From the NCBI GenBank assembly GCA_020628865.1, contig JAHDEJ010000002.1, forward strand, positions 136,643 through 200,642: 64,000 nt of DNA, in the 5' to 3' direction. Of the stretch, positions 1 to 10,384 are shown piece after piece; the first letter of the stretch is position 1, and each line of letters starts with the position of its first letter. The notes beneath the pieces are model-generated. The model made no database searches. It was not told the origin of the DNA and saw nothing but the letters and a program-made list of their open reading frames with translations. Origin of the DNA: Acidimicrobiales bacterium. Its GTDB lineage: Bacteria; Actinomycetota; Acidimicrobiia; Acidimicrobiales; SHLQ01. A program made the position numbers and the translations under genes.

Positions 1-569
1 GCGATCCCCGCCTTCTCGCCGGCGATGTTGCGACGCCAGTCGCCCTCTCCGTCGGTGTGGTCCCGCCCGATGTTGGTCAGCACGGCGACGTCGGCGTTGA
101 TCACGTTCGTGGCATCGAAGCGCCCGAGCACACCGACCTCCACAACCGCGACGTCGACCGCAACCTCCGCGAACCAGCGGTAGGCGACAGCGGTGAGCAG
201 CTCGAAGTAGCTGTTGGGCTGCTCGGTGATCTGGCTGAGCTGTTCGAGGTCGGCGACCTGCGCGGCGAAGTCTTCGCGGCTGATGGGTTCCCCGTCGACC
301 TCGATGCGTTCGGTGATCGAGCTGAGATGGGGGCTGCTGTACCGGCCGACCTTGAGGCCCTTGGTCTGGAGCAGCCGGGCGATCATGGTCGCCGTCGAGC
401 CCTTGCCGTTGGTACCGGTGACGTGGATCGTGCGGTAGGCAAGGTGCGGGTCACCGGAGAGGCCCATCAACGCTTCCATCGCGTTCAGTGAGAGGTCTTC
501 GAAGTACCCGGCCCGGGCCTCCAAGTTGATGTGCTTGTCGAGGAAACGAAGCGCCTCAGAGAAGTTCAT
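1..569 (-). CDS. folC: Folylpolyglutamate synthase / dihydrofolate synthase, N-terminal part (3' end outside window)
   Basis: The minus strand is open from ATG (CAT at 567-569) to the window edge, so the ORF track misses it. Translation MNFSEALRFLDKHINLEARAG...IHVTGTNGKGSTATMIARLL...EVGVLGRFDATNV...TNIGRDH...IAGEKAGI carries the Mur-ligase P-loop and FolC-like blocks. Confidence 0.85.
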   Translation of the reverse strand, partial: MNFSEALRFLDKHINLEARAGYFEDLSLNAMEALMGLSGDPHLAYRTIHVTGTNGKGSTATMIARLLQTKGLKVGRYSSPHLSSITERIEVDGEPISREDFAAQVADLEQLSQITEQPNSYFELLTAVAYRWFAEVAVDVAVVEVGVLGRFDATNVINADVAVLTNIGRDHTDGEGDWRRNIAGEKAGI

Positions 570-623
570 GCCAGAAGCCTAGGGGTCTCAAGGCGGCCCA
601 CCCCGCAAGCCGATCACTCGGCC

Positions 624-1616
624 ATGGGAAAGATTGACAGGGCAATCGAACTCCTCAAAGCAAGCTGGGGAGTCATTCGCAACGACAAGGAACTGCTGGT
701 GCTCCCAGCGATCTCGGGGGTGTGTGCGCTCGGTGTGATCGCGATGTTCGCCTATCCGGTGATCACGATGGTGCTCGCCGCAAACGAGTCGGGCATGGCG
801 GAGGGCGAGGTCAACTACCCGCCGGGAGCGATCGCCCTCGCGTTCGTCGGCTACCTGCTGGTCACGTTCATCGGCATGTTCTTCAACTGTGCGCTCATCC
901 ACGCTGCAAACGAACGCATGGAGGGTGGCGACCCGACGCTTTCGAGCGCGCTGCAGGGTGCCAGCGAGCGGATCGGCCGCATCTTCGTGTGGGCGCTCGT
1001 GGCTTCGACGGTGTCGATCGCCATCAATCAGTTGCAGGAGCGCATGGGCCTGCTCGGCCGTTTCCTGGCGTTCCTGGCCGGTACGGCGTGGGCGGTGGTG
1101 ACCTTCCTGGTGCTGCCGATTCTGGTTCTCGAGAACGTTGGTCCGGTGGAGTCGGTGAAGCGCAGCGCCGCCTTGTTGAAGCGGGCGTGGGGCGAAGGGC
1201 TCGCCGGGCACATCGGTCTCGGCATTCTGAACACGCTCCTGTTCTTCGGTCTCGCCGCGGTCGTGGTGATCTCCGGGCTGGCGAGCCCGACGCTGCTGTG
1301 GGGAACGATTCCGCTCGCCTTGGCGGCGTTCGTGGTGGCACTGATCGTCATGTCGGCGCTGTCGACGGTCTTCCAGACGGCCCTGTATCGACACGCGATG
1401 GGGATGCCCGTCACGGGTTTCGACCAGCAGCTGATGGCGAACGCGTTCACCTTCGGGAAGAACGGGTCGGGCCCGGCTCGGCCGTCGAAGCCGTCGGATC
1501 TGCGATTCCATCAACAACAGATGCAGAACCAACACGGCTACGGCGTGCAACCGCAGGACGCCGACCCCTTCCAGGGCCCCCAGGATTGGTCCAAGCTCCC
1601 CGATCAATGGACCTGA
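624..1616 (+). CDS. Multi-pass membrane protein of unknown function with Q/P-rich C-terminal tail (DUF6159-like from memory)
   Basis: ORF 531..1616, with the likely start at ATG 624 (MGKIDRAIELLKASWGVIRNDKELLVLPAISG...). It has several hydrophobic helices. The antisense and off-frame ORFs in this stretch are Arg/Pro-rich shadows. Confidence 0.6.
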   Translation: MGKIDRAIELLKASWGVIRNDKELLVLPAISGVCALGVIAMFAYPVITMVLAANESGMAEGEVNYPPGAIALAFVGYLLVTFIGMFFNCALIHAANERMEGGDPTLSSALQGASERIGRIFVWALVASTVSIAINQLQERMGLLGRFLAFLAGTAWAVVTFLVLPILVLENVGPVESVKRSAALLKRAWGEGLAGHIGLGILNTLLFFGLAAVVVISGLASPTLLWGTIPLALAAFVVALIVMSALSTVFQTALYRHAMGMPVTGFDQQLMANAFTFGKNGSGPARPSKPSDLRFHQQQMQNQHGYGVQPQDADPFQGPQDWSKLPDQWT

Positions 1617-1622
1617 CTCCCC

Positions 1623-1663
1623 AGGTGCCTGGCACCTAACAACCCCTTAGGTGCCAGGCACCT
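1623..1663. terminator. Bidirectional stem-loop between convergent genes
   Basis: AGGTGCCTGGCACCT (1623-1637) and its exact reverse complement AGGTGCCAGGCACCT (1649-1663) form a 15-bp stem with an 11-nt loop. It lies between the stops at 1616 (+) and 1682 (-). There is no clear U-tract. Confidence 0.5.
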
Positions 1664-1681
1664 CTTGGGGTTAGAAGCGGT

Positions 1682-3718
1682 TCAGATGGTTTGGCAGAGG
1701 CGGCGTGCGTCGTGGATTGCGGCGGCGATTCCCCGGCTCGAAACCGCGTCTCCGACCCGATACAGCGCGAACCCTTCGCGACGATCCGGCTGGGGCTCCG
1801 AGGCCACGAGTGCGTCGAGGTCGACGACCCCTCCGTTCGATGACGCCTCTCGCAAGCTCAGATACGGCTCCGGGTTCGGGACGGCGCCGTGCTCGTAGAT
1901 GACGGCGTCGACCGCACGAACGATCTCCTGACGGGTGAAGACGTTGCGGAGTGTGGCGTCGAGCCCGGTCCCGTTCCGAGCGACGCGCACCAGGAGGTGA
2001 TCTGGCGTCATGGAGACGCCGTTCTTGTACAGCATCTCGAGATAGGCGGGACCCGTTGTCGCCGCCATGTCCTGGCCGACCAGCCGGTCGGGTGTCACGA
2101 GTTCGATGTGCACCCCGTCCCATCCGGCCAGGTACTCGGCCACGGACGGCGCCGGCTCGCCGCCGTGGTCGTCGTAGATCAACACGTCGCCGGACACGCT
2201 CGCATGCCCGGTCAGCACGTCCCACGTGCTGTGGACGAGCTCCTCACCGGCCGTCAGGAAGCTGGGATCGGGGAAACCTCCCGTGGCGGTCACGACGATG
2301 TCGGGTTGTTCGGCCAGTACATCGGCGGCATCGACCGCAGTGTTGAGGCGAACGTCCACCCCAAGATGTCGAAGCTCTTCTTCGAGCCATCCGATGATGC
2401 CGAGCAGCTCGGCCTGGCGTTCGCTGGCTCGCGCAGCGATGACGACCTGGCCGCCGACCCGGTCCTGTGCTTCGAAGAGCACCACGTCGTGGCCGCGCTC
2501 GGCGAGCACGCGGGCGGATTCGAGGCCAGCGGGACCGGCGCCCACGACGACCGCCTTCTTCTGCGGACCGGCCGAGGGTGGAATCAACTGCGGGATGTGT
2601 GTCTCTCGGCCGGTGGCCGGGTTCTGGATGCAGACCGACTCGAGCCCCTGATGCAGCCGGTTGATGCACAGCGAAGCGCCAACGCAGACGCGAATGCGGT
2701 CCGGTTCACCCCGCTCCAGCTTGCGGACGATGTGCGGGTCGGCGATGTGAGCCCGCGTCATGCCGGCGAGGTCGATCAGCCCTTCGCTGATGGCGTGTCG
2801 GGCTGAGCTCAGGTCGGTGATGCGGGCGGCGTGGAGGATGGGCAGGTCGACGTTCGCCTTGATGGCCGCTGCCAGGGGCACGAATGGCATGAGGGGAGTT
2901 CCCGCCGGCGGAATGGCCTTGGACAGCCCCTCCTCCGTCGCCAGCGAGGAGCTCGTCACGTTCATGAAGTCGAGCAGCCCCGACGCAGCCAACCGCAGGG
3001 CGATGTCGGCGCTCTCCTCCGGCTCGAGACCGCCGATCTGCCCTTCGTCGGCGATCAGTCGGATGCCGACGAGCAGGTCGCTTCCGATTGATTCCCGGAT
3101 CGATTGCAGAACCTCGACGGTGAACCGCAGCCGGTTCTCGATCGATCCGCCGTACTCGTCGGTTCGACGGTTGGACAGTGGCGTCCAGAACTGGTCGATG
3201 AGGTGGCTGGTCGCACAGAGCTCGATTCCGTCCAGACCTCCGGCATGGGCGCGGACGGCGGCAGCCCCGAAGTCGGCGACGACTCGCCGGATGTCGCTCT
3301 TCTCCATCTCCTTCGGCCAGCCGCGATGCATCGGTTCACGGATGGGCGAGGGCGCGATCGTCGGCAGCCAATCGCCGTCGTTGGAGACGTTGCGCCGACC
3401 CATGTGGGTGATCTGGCACATGACCGCCGCACCGTGCCGATGGATGCGCTCGGTCATCTCGGCCAGCGGATCGATGATGTCGTCCGACCCAAAGGAGAGC
3501 TGCCCCCACAGCGACGCAGAGTCGGCGGACACGTTGCTCGACCCGCCGATCATCGTCATGCCGATGCCGCCGATGGCCTTCTCCTCGTGGTACGCCATGT
3601 AGCGCTCGTTGGGGCGACCGTCGGTGTTGTAGCCCGGAGCGTGACTGCTCGAGAAGATGCGGTTCTTGAGCGTGAGGTGGCCGAGTTGGAATGGTTCGAG
3701 CAGCGGGTCGGTCGTCAT
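1682..3718 (-). CDS. NADH:flavin oxidoreductase, OYE-type TIM barrel fused to an FAD/NAD(P)-binding domain (2,4-dienoyl-CoA reductase / N-methylproline demethylase-like)
   Basis: The likely start is MTTDPLLEPFQLGHLTLKNRIFSSSHAPGY... at 3718, overlapping the upstream stop as ATGA. The OYE-like N-terminal half is followed by a dinucleotide-binding motif, VVVGAGPAGLESA. Confidence 0.85.
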   Translation of the reverse strand: MTTDPLLEPFQLGHLTLKNRIFSSSHAPGYNTDGRPNERYMAYHEEKAIGGIGMTMIGGSSNVSADSASLWGQLSFGSDDIIDPLAEMTERIHRHGAAVMCQITHMGRRNVSNDGDWLPTIAPSPIREPMHRGWPKEMEKSDIRRVVADFGAAAVRAHAGGLDGIELCATSHLIDQFWTPLSNRRTDEYGGSIENRLRFTVEVLQSIRESIGSDLLVGIRLIADEGQIGGLEPEESADIALRLAASGLLDFMNVTSSSLATEEGLSKAIPPAGTPLMPFVPLAAAIKANVDLPILHAARITDLSSARHAISEGLIDLAGMTRAHIADPHIVRKLERGEPDRIRVCVGASLCINRLHQGLESVCIQNPATGRETHIPQLIPPSAGPQKKAVVVGAGPAGLESARVLAERGHDVVLFEAQDRVGGQVVIAARASERQAELLGIIGWLEEELRHLGVDVRLNTAVDAADVLAEQPDIVVTATGGFPDPSFLTAGEELVHSTWDVLTGHASVSGDVLIYDDHGGEPAPSVAEYLAGWDGVHIELVTPDRLVGQDMAATTGPAYLEMLYKNGVSMTPDHLLVRVARNGTGLDATLRNVFTRQEIVRAVDAVIYEHGAVPNPEPYLSLREASSNGGVVDLDALVASEPQPDRREGFALYRVGDAVSSRGIAAAIHDARRLCQTI

Positions 3719-5226
3719 TGCGTCGCGTCCTTCGGGATCTCGGTCATCCGTCGGGCAACGTAGTCCAGGAGCTCTTCTTCGACCGTGTCGTCCATGGCGG
3801 GCCTCTCGTACTCGGCGAGCAGCGCATCGACCCGCTCGAAGCCGAGCGTCTCGGTGTCCTTCGACCCGGCCTCTTCCCATTGCTCGAAGCTCGTCTGGTC
3901 CATGACCGCCGGCATGTGGAATGCCGAGGTGTAGTTGGCCACGGTGTGGGCGGCTCCCAGATAGTGGCCCTGCGGGCCGACCTCACGAACGGCGTCCATC
4001 GCATCGGAGAAGTCGTCGGTTCGGACTCCCTGGGCGTAGCGGATCCAGCCTGCGGCGATGTCGCTGTCGGTTGCGTACTTGGCGAGGTTGACCGTGAGTC
4101 CGTGTTCCATCCAACCGCCGCAGTGGGTGATGAGATTGATGCCGCCGAGGATCGCGGCATGCATGTTCATGTTGGCCTCGTAGCCGGCCTGGGCATCGAG
4201 GCGTTTCGAGCCGGTGTGCATGCCGACGCTGCGCACGGGCAGTTCGTAGAACCGGGCCAACTGGCCTGCCATCAACAGCAGGTGTGCGAGATCGGGTGTG
4301 CCGGTCATGGGCGAGCCAGTTCGCATGTCGACGATCATCAGGAACATGCCGTAGATCGTCGGCGAGCCGGGGTTGATCGCCTGGGTGAACGCGCATCCGG
4401 CGAGCGCTTCGGCGTTCAGCTGTGCGATGCCGCCGAGCGAACTGGCCGGTGTGTTGGCGCCGGCGAGGGCGAACGGCGAGTAGTACACAGGCTGTCCGGC
4501 GCGGGCGTAGAGGATGGCGGCGCTGAGCATCGATTCGTCCCACACGAGCGGTGAGTTGCCGTTCATGAAGCCGGTGATGACGGCGTTGTTGTCGACGAAC
4601 TCCGCTCCGTGGACGATCTTCGCCATGTCGAGCGTGTCCTGCGCCTGCGCGGCTCCCTGGCACGAACCGATGCTGATCTTGTCGGTGTAGCGCATCGAGT
4701 CGGCGTAGTACGCGAGGTGCCGGTGTGGAATGTCGACGTCCGTTGGCTCGCAGTGGAAACCACCCCCGATGTTGATGGTGGGCAGTTGATGGCTGAGCTT
4801 GATGCACTCGATGTTGTCGGCACGTGTTGCGTACCGTCGCCCCACCTCCCGGTCGAGGAAGAACGGGCTGCCCGAATTCGGCGACATCGCCAGATGCCGG
4901 CCGCCGATCTGGACCGATTGGGCGGGGTTGCGGGCGTGCAGCGTGAACTGGGTGGGAGCCGAAGCGATGAGCTTCATCAGCAGCTCGCGGGGAATTCGCA
5001 CCCGCGTGCCGTCGATGTCGGCACCGGCGTCAGACCAGATCGAGATCGCTTCGTCGTAGCGGAACTCGATGCCGACCTCTTCGAGGATTCCCATCGAGGC
5101 GTCGTGAACCATCTCGACGGTCTCTTGCGGCAAGAGCTCGTAGAGCGGAATGTTCCGATCGAGTGAGAGCGGTGCCCGCGCGTCGACTCTGTCGTGGGCT
5201 CGGCGACGTCCTGTGCGTGACACCAT
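3715..5226 (-). CDS. Trimethylamine methyltransferase (MttB) superfamily protein, non-pyrrolysine type
   Basis: The 503-aa uninterrupted ORF resembles the MttB/MtgB family along its length (ELLPQETVEMVHDASMGILEEVGIEF...GGINLITHCGGWMEHGL...). It has no in-frame TAG. Confidence 0.85.
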   Translation of the reverse strand: MVSRTGRRRAHDRVDARAPLSLDRNIPLYELLPQETVEMVHDASMGILEEVGIEFRYDEAISIWSDAGADIDGTRVRIPRELLMKLIASAPTQFTLHARNPAQSVQIGGRHLAMSPNSGSPFFLDREVGRRYATRADNIECIKLSHQLPTINIGGGFHCEPTDVDIPHRHLAYYADSMRYTDKISIGSCQGAAQAQDTLDMAKIVHGAEFVDNNAVITGFMNGNSPLVWDESMLSAAILYARAGQPVYYSPFALAGANTPASSLGGIAQLNAEALAGCAFTQAINPGSPTIYGMFLMIVDMRTGSPMTGTPDLAHLLLMAGQLARFYELPVRSVGMHTGSKRLDAQAGYEANMNMHAAILGGINLITHCGGWMEHGLTVNLAKYATDSDIAAGWIRYAQGVRTDDFSDAMDAVREVGPQGHYLGAAHTVANYTSAFHMPAVMDQTSFEQWEEAGSKDTETLGFERVDALLAEYERPAMDDTVEEELLDYVARRMTEIPKDATQ

Positions 5227-5256
5227 CAGCTTGCCGACCCTTGGCGGTGCGTCGGC

Positions 5257-6537
<1,281 letters not shown>

Positions 6538-6592
6538 GCTTGGTCTCCCGTTGCTTGTTTCGTTTCGCCTACCGACTGTGTTCTTCGGTTGG

Positions 6593-7231
6593 CTAGTCGA
6601 CAGCCTTGATGGGTCCGGAGGTATCTACGGCTTCCCGGTTGTCGATGACTTCGTCAATGATTCCATACTCTTTGGCTTCACTGGCGGTCATTACGAAATC
6701 ACGGTCCGTGTCGGCGGAGATCCGCTCGGTCGTCTGCCCGGTGTGGAAGGCGAGGACCTCTTCGAGCGACACCTTGAGACGCTGGATCTCGTTGGCGGCG
6801 ATCTCGATGTCGGACACCTGGCCCTGGGCACCGGCGTACGGCTGGTGGATCAGCACACGGCTGTGCTTGAGGGCGAGGCGCTTGCCCGGCGTACCGGCGG
6901 CGAGCAGCACGGCGGCGGCGGAAGCGGCCTGACCGAAGCAGATGGTGGTGATGTCCGGCTTCACGTACTGCATCGTGTCGTAGATGGCGAACAGTGCGTT
7001 GATGTCGCCACCGGGTGAGTTGATGTAGATGTTGATGTCCCGGTCCGGGTTCTCGGACTCGAGGTGCAGCAGCTGGGCGGCGACCAGGTTGGCCACCGTG
7101 TCATCGATCGGCGTGCCGAGGAAGATGATGTTCTCCCGCAGCAGCCGGGAGAAGAGGTCGGAACCGCGTTCGCCGTGGGGCGTCTTCTCGATGACGTTGG
7201 GGACCATGTAGTTGCGTGGATTCACGTTCAC
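6593..7231 (-). CDS. clpP: ATP-dependent Clp protease proteolytic subunit ClpP
   Basis: The translation carries [15 protein letters not shown] (active-site Ser) and LIHQP motifs. The GTG start overlaps the tig stop as GTGA. Confidence 0.95.
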   Translation of the reverse strand: MNVNPRNYMVPNVIEKTPHGERGSDLFSRLLRENIIFLGTPIDDTVANLVAAQLLHLESENPDRDINIYINSPGGDINALFAIYDTMQYVKPDITTICFGQAASAAAVLLAAGTPGKRLALKHSRVLIHQPYAGAQGQVSDIEIAANEIQRLKVSLEEVLAFHTGQTTERISADTDRDFVMTASEAKEYGIIDEVIDNREAVDTSGPIKAVD

Positions 7232-8577
7232 TCTTCCTCCGACCCGTGGTCGTGGTCGTGTTCAGGTTGCTTGAGCAGCTCCCGGTCGATCGAATTGCCG
7301 TCTTCATCGACGATTTCGGCTCGATCCATGACCCATTCGAGAGCAGCTCGGATCCGCATGTCGGATCGTATCGCTGACAAACGACCGGCAGCTTCCAATT
7401 GTTCCTTCACATCGGCAAGCGGCTGGTCGAGCTGAGTGGCGAGGTGCATGAGCTCGTGGTCGAGATCTTCGTCGGCGACCTCGATGGACTCGGCCTCGGC
7501 GATGGCACGGAGGGCGAGATCGACCCGGGCGCTCGTCTGGGCCTGCTCACGAAGCTGTTCACGGAACATCTCGGGGCTGGTGCCGGTGATCTGCAGGTAC
7601 TGCTCGAGGCCGATGCCCTGGGCCTGGAGGCGCATGGCCATTTCCTGGGCCCGGTTCTCCATCTCGTCTTCGATGAGGGCGTCGGAGATGTCGTCGGTGA
7701 CGAGCTCGGCGAGGGCGTCGCCGGTCTTCGTCTCGAAGGTCATGACGGCCTGGTTCTGCTTGGACTCTTCGATGCGAGCGGTGAGGTCGGCGCGCAGTTC
7801 GGCGATGGTCTCGAACTCGCTGGCTTCGGCGGCGAACTCGTCGTTGGCTTCGGGGAGCTGGCTCTCCTGGACTTCCTTGACGGAGATCTTGAAGTCGATG
7901 ACGGAGTCGTCGTCTTCGGCCGGGTGGTCGGCGGTGAACTCGAGCGTGGCGCCGGCGGAGGCGCCGCGGAGGTTCTCGTCGATTTCGGCGACGACGGCAC
8001 CGGAGCCGACGACGTAGTCGTAGTCCTCGGCGGTGAGACCGGGGACGGGCTCGCCGTCGATCGTGCCTTCGATGTCGATGCTGACGTGGTCGTCGTCGGC
8101 GGCGGCACGGTCGACCACCTCGAGGGTGGCGTGCTGGCGACGGATGGAGTCGAGGCGGTCCTCGATGTCCTGGTCGGTCACATGGGGTGACAGCGTCTCG
8201 ACCTTGAGACCCTCGTGACCGGAGATGGTGATGACCGGGCGTACCTCGACGACGGCGTCGAAGGTGACGTCGCCTTCTTCTTCGCCGCCGGTGATGTCGA
8301 TCTCCGGTGCGGCGATGACATCGACGTCGTTCTCGGCGATGGCCTGCGAGTAGAAGTTCGGCAGGGCCTGCTGCATGGCCTCTTGGCGAGCCATCGCAGG
8401 ACCGAACTGCTTCTCGATGATCTTGCGGGGCACCTTGCCGGGACGGAAGCCCGGCATGCGGACCTCCTTGGCGATGCGCTTGTATGCGGCTTCGAGCTCC
8501 GGCTCGAACTCCGCTTCTTCGATGGTGACGGACAACTTGACCTTGTTGTCGTCCAGGGTTTCAAGAGTGCTGTTCAC
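7228..8577 (-). CDS. tig: Trigger factor
   Basis: The N-terminus [56 protein letters not shown] is characteristic of trigger factor. It sits in the conserved tig-clpP-clpX order. Confidence 0.95.
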   Translation of the reverse strand: MNSTLETLDDNKVKLSVTIEEAEFEPELEAAYKRIAKEVRMPGFRPGKVPRKIIEKQFGPAMARQEAMQQALPNFYSQAIAENDVDVIAAPEIDITGGEEEGDVTFDAVVEVRPVITISGHEGLKVETLSPHVTDQDIEDRLDSIRRQHATLEVVDRAAADDDHVSIDIEGTIDGEPVPGLTAEDYDYVVGSGAVVAEIDENLRGASAGATLEFTADHPAEDDDSVIDFKISVKEVQESQLPEANDEFAAEASEFETIAELRADLTARIEESKQNQAVMTFETKTGDALAELVTDDISDALIEDEMENRAQEMAMRLQAQGIGLEQYLQITGTSPEMFREQLREQAQTSARVDLALRAIAEAESIEVADEDLDHELMHLATQLDQPLADVKEQLEAAGRLSAIRSDMRIRAALEWVMDRAEIVDEDGNSIDRELLKQPEHDHDHGSEEE

Positions 8578-8650
8578 AGGGGAGGAAGTGTATTCGTCTC
8601 GCTGGGCAAAACGACGGAAGCCCGGACCGTGGGGTCCGGGCTCCGAGCTG

Positions 8651-8722
8651 AGCGGGTGGGGGTAATCGAAACCCCATCATGAGGTTGGAAACCTCAGGTT
8701 CTAGCCGTTGAACTACACCCGC
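8651..8722 (-). tRNA. tRNA-Gly (anticodon UCC)
   Basis: The reverse complement GCGGGTGTAGTTCAACGGCTAGAACCTGAGGTTTCCAACCTCATGATGGGGTTTCGATTACCCCCACCCGCT folds as a cloverleaf. The acceptor is GCGGGTG/CACCCGC and the anticodon loop is TT-TCC-AA. CCA is not encoded. Confidence 0.9.
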
Positions 8723-8927
8723 AGGTGGTCGATCATCGTAGCGCGACGACTGCAGCTCGCCACACCACGTACCGGCCGTGGTGAGAACGGCCGCTGAGAG
8801 GCCGGCGGCCAACCCGGTCCGCTGGGGGCATATTCCGGAATTGTTCGAAGGTGATCGGTCGTTTCGTTCGCATCAACTGGTGCCCGAGCGAGATCGCTTG
8901 CCGGGCGGACGACGAATGAGGAAGTCC

Positions 8928-10301
8928 ATGTCATCCCCTTCCAACAATGAAGTAGATGTGATCGTGATCGGGCTCGGCCCGGCGGGCGAGTCGGTGGGCG
9001 GCCAGCTGGCCGAGGCTGGTCTGCGAGTTCTGGGTATCGAGGCCAGCCTCGTCGGCGGCGAGTGCCCCTACTGGGGTTGCGTGCCCTCGAAGATGATGAT
9101 TCGGGCGGCGAACACCCTCGCTGAGGCCCGACGGGTGAACGAGATGGCTGGGTCGGCCACGGCGACGCCGGATTGGGCGCCGGTCGCCCGCCGCATTCGG
9201 GAGCAGGCGACGGACACGTGGGACGACACGGTTGCCGTCGATCGCTTCGTCGGCAAGGGCGGCATCTTCGTGCGCGGGTATGGCCGGATCGTCGGCCCGA
9301 ACACGGTCGAGGTCAATGAGGAGACGTGGACGGCGACCCGCGGCATCGTGGTGGCCACCGGCACGCTTGCGGCCGTGCCGCCGATTCCGGGACTGGCGGA
9401 CACGCCGTACTGGACGAATCACGAGATCATCGAGAATGAGGTGTTGCCCGAGTCGATGATCGTGCTCGGCGGCGGCGCGATCGGCGCGGAGCTCAGCCAG
9501 GTGATGCAGCGCTTCGGCGTGCAGGTCACGGTGATCGAGGGTGAGGAGCGGTTGCTTCCTCGCAACGAGCCCGAGGCCGGCGATGCCGTGCGCGAGGTCT
9601 TCGAGGCCGAGGGGATGACCGTGCACACCGGCCAGTTCGCCACCTCGGTCGCCCATTCGGATGCCGACGGCTTCACCGTCACGTTGCAGGACGGCACCGA
9701 GGTGCGGGGCGAGCGTTTGCTCGTGGCCACCGGCCGGCGGACCTTCCTGAAGGAGTTGGGTGTCGCGTCGATCGGCGTGGACGATTCGAAGCCGTTCCTC
9801 GATTCGGACGAGAACATGCAGGTGCAGGATGGCCTGTGGACCGTGGGCGACATCGCCGGCGAAGGCATGTTCACCCACCTCGGCCTGCGGCAGGCGAACG
9901 TGGCCGTGGCACACATCCTCGGTTCGCCGATCGACCCGCTGAACCTCGGTGCCCTGAGCGCCGTCACGTTCACCGACCCGGAGGTCGGATCGGTCGGCAT
10001 GACCGAGGCGGAGGCCCGGGCGGCCGGGATCAACGTGGCGACGGCGTTCAAGCCGGTGGCGCACACCGCTCGTGGTTGGTTGCACCAGCAGGGCAACGAG
10101 GGGTTCATCAAGCTGGTCGTCGACGCCGACCGCGATGTGCTCGTTGGGGCGACGTCTGTTGGGCCGCACGGTGGCGAGGTACTCGGGCATCTGTCGCTCG
10201 CCGTCCACGCGGCGATCCCGATCTCGACCCTGCGGTCGATGATCTACGCCTACCCGACGTTCCACATGGGCATCGAGGACACGCTGAAGGAACTCGACTG
10301 A
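8928..10301 (+). CDS. Class I pyridine nucleotide-disulfide oxidoreductase (dihydrolipoamide dehydrogenase / mycothione / mercuric reductase-like flavoprotein)
   Basis: It has the FAD motif DVIVIGLGPAG, the redox-active disulfide GGECPYWGCVPSK, and a C-terminal His-Glu dyad (YPTFHMGIED). ATG 8928 is preceded by the RBS GAGGAAG; ATG 8916 is an alternative start. Confidence 0.85.
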   Translation: MSSPSNNEVDVIVIGLGPAGESVGGQLAEAGLRVLGIEASLVGGECPYWGCVPSKMMIRAANTLAEARRVNEMAGSATATPDWAPVARRIREQATDTWDDTVAVDRFVGKGGIFVRGYGRIVGPNTVEVNEETWTATRGIVVATGTLAAVPPIPGLADTPYWTNHEIIENEVLPESMIVLGGGAIGAELSQVMQRFGVQVTVIEGEERLLPRNEPEAGDAVREVFEAEGMTVHTGQFATSVAHSDADGFTVTLQDGTEVRGERLLVATGRRTFLKELGVASIGVDDSKPFLDSDENMQVQDGLWTVGDIAGEGMFTHLGLRQANVAVAHILGSPIDPLNLGALSAVTFTDPEVGSVGMTEAEARAAGINVATAFKPVAHTARGWLHQQGNEGFIKLVVDADRDVLVGATSVGPHGGEVLGHLSLAVHAAIPISTLRSMIYAYPTFHMGIEDTLKELD

Positions 10302-10384
10302 CTGCGCTCGGCTGACGGCACTCCCCCACGGTTGCGGCCGACGTCGAGACGACGCTCGGGCCGCAGCTGTGGAAGGATCCGCAG

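Noticed and set aside
588-1607. Long antisense or off-frame ORFs throughout the window. Examples: 588..1607(-), 5311..6609(+), 8931..10394(-), 10108..11169(-), 14276..16675(-), 17506..19299(-), 22140..24134(+), 35780..36880(-), 43008..44444(-), 50888..52084(+), 52166..53440(+), 55716..57341(+), 57311..58891(-), 57364..58827(+).
   Set aside because: Their translations are Arg/Pro/Gly/His-rich low-complexity strings typical of stop-poor alternative frames in high-GC DNA. Each overlaps an ORF with a clearly recognisable protein family on the other strand or in another frame.
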